Positions 63,814 through 64,000 of a stretch of DNA of 64,000 nt are shown here, piece by piece (position 1 is the stretch's first letter; every line of letters begins with the position of its first letter). Under the pieces are notes generated by a model. That model was not told the DNA's origin and did no database searches. It saw nothing but the letters and a program-made list of their open reading frames with translations. The stretch covers positions 15,278 through 79,277 of the forward strand of contig JAOPYK010000149.1 in assembly GCA_025964695.1 (NCBI GenBank). Direction: 5' to 3'. Both the position numbers and the translations under genes were made by a program. Source of the DNA: Streptosporangiaceae bacterium. GTDB lineage: Bacteria; Actinomycetota; Actinomycetes; Streptosporangiales; Streptosporangiaceae.

Positions 63814-64000
63814 GTGAGTATTCGCGCTCGGCGTAGCACGGGTCCCGTCGTCGCCATCACCGGCGCCGCGACGGGGGCCGGACGTGGCTTGGCCACCAGG
63901 CTCGCCCAGTCAGGGCAGATTCGCAAGGTCGTCGCGCTCGACGACCACCGCGGGGACGTGCCAGGGGTGACCTGGCGCGTCGTCGACGTACGAGATCCGC
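63814..64000 (+). CDS. SDR / NAD-dependent epimerase, 5' part (runs off the window)
   Basis: GTG 63814: SIRARRSTGPVVAITGAATGAG...VVALDDHRGDV...WRVVDVRDP. Confidence 0.7.
   Translation, partial: MSIRARRSTGPVVAITGAATGAGRGLATRLAQSGQIRKVVALDDHRGDVPGVTWRVVDVRDP

Noticed and set aside
1-64000. tRNA, rRNA, known riboswitches, intact IS or integrase
   Set aside because: No recognisable signatures by eye; an Infernal or tRNAscan run would be needed to exclude them formally

Overview
High-GC actinobacterial chromosome; a Streptosporangiales-like host is my inference from gene content and is unverified. The backbone is the conserved block syntenic with M. tuberculosis Rv3211-Rv3195: rhlE, DUF3107, TetR, moeZ, ATL/MGMT, adnA-adnB, nudC, mycoredoxin, uvrD2, whiB7/wblC with its attenuator leader, ABC1 kinase, NUDIX and DUF2342 metalloprotease. 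Accessory blocks interrupt it. These include a split NHEJ locus (ligD polymerase, ligase, ku), a TetR-MMPL pair, and an iron-box-controlled but truncated ATP-grasp + IucA/IucC siderophore pair. There is also a small DUF222-like gene with two LexA boxes. The strongest candidate for an undescribed system is at 23.4-29.9 kb: three tandem modules, each a 4-Cys membrane-anchored protein plus a mycosin-like subtilase. Every pair is joined by the same 7-nt stop/start overlap, and the third protease has lost its whole catalytic set. Other points are a metallo-beta-lactamase fold with all seven metal ligands replaced, a relay of coupled mini-ORFs before a Cas4/AddB-like nuclease, two dispersed palindrome families and several intergenic minisatellites. 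I found no rRNA, tRNA, CRISPR array or intact transposase. Family assignments come from motif recognition by eye, not database searches. Several starts were re-picked relative to the ORF track and are uncertain.
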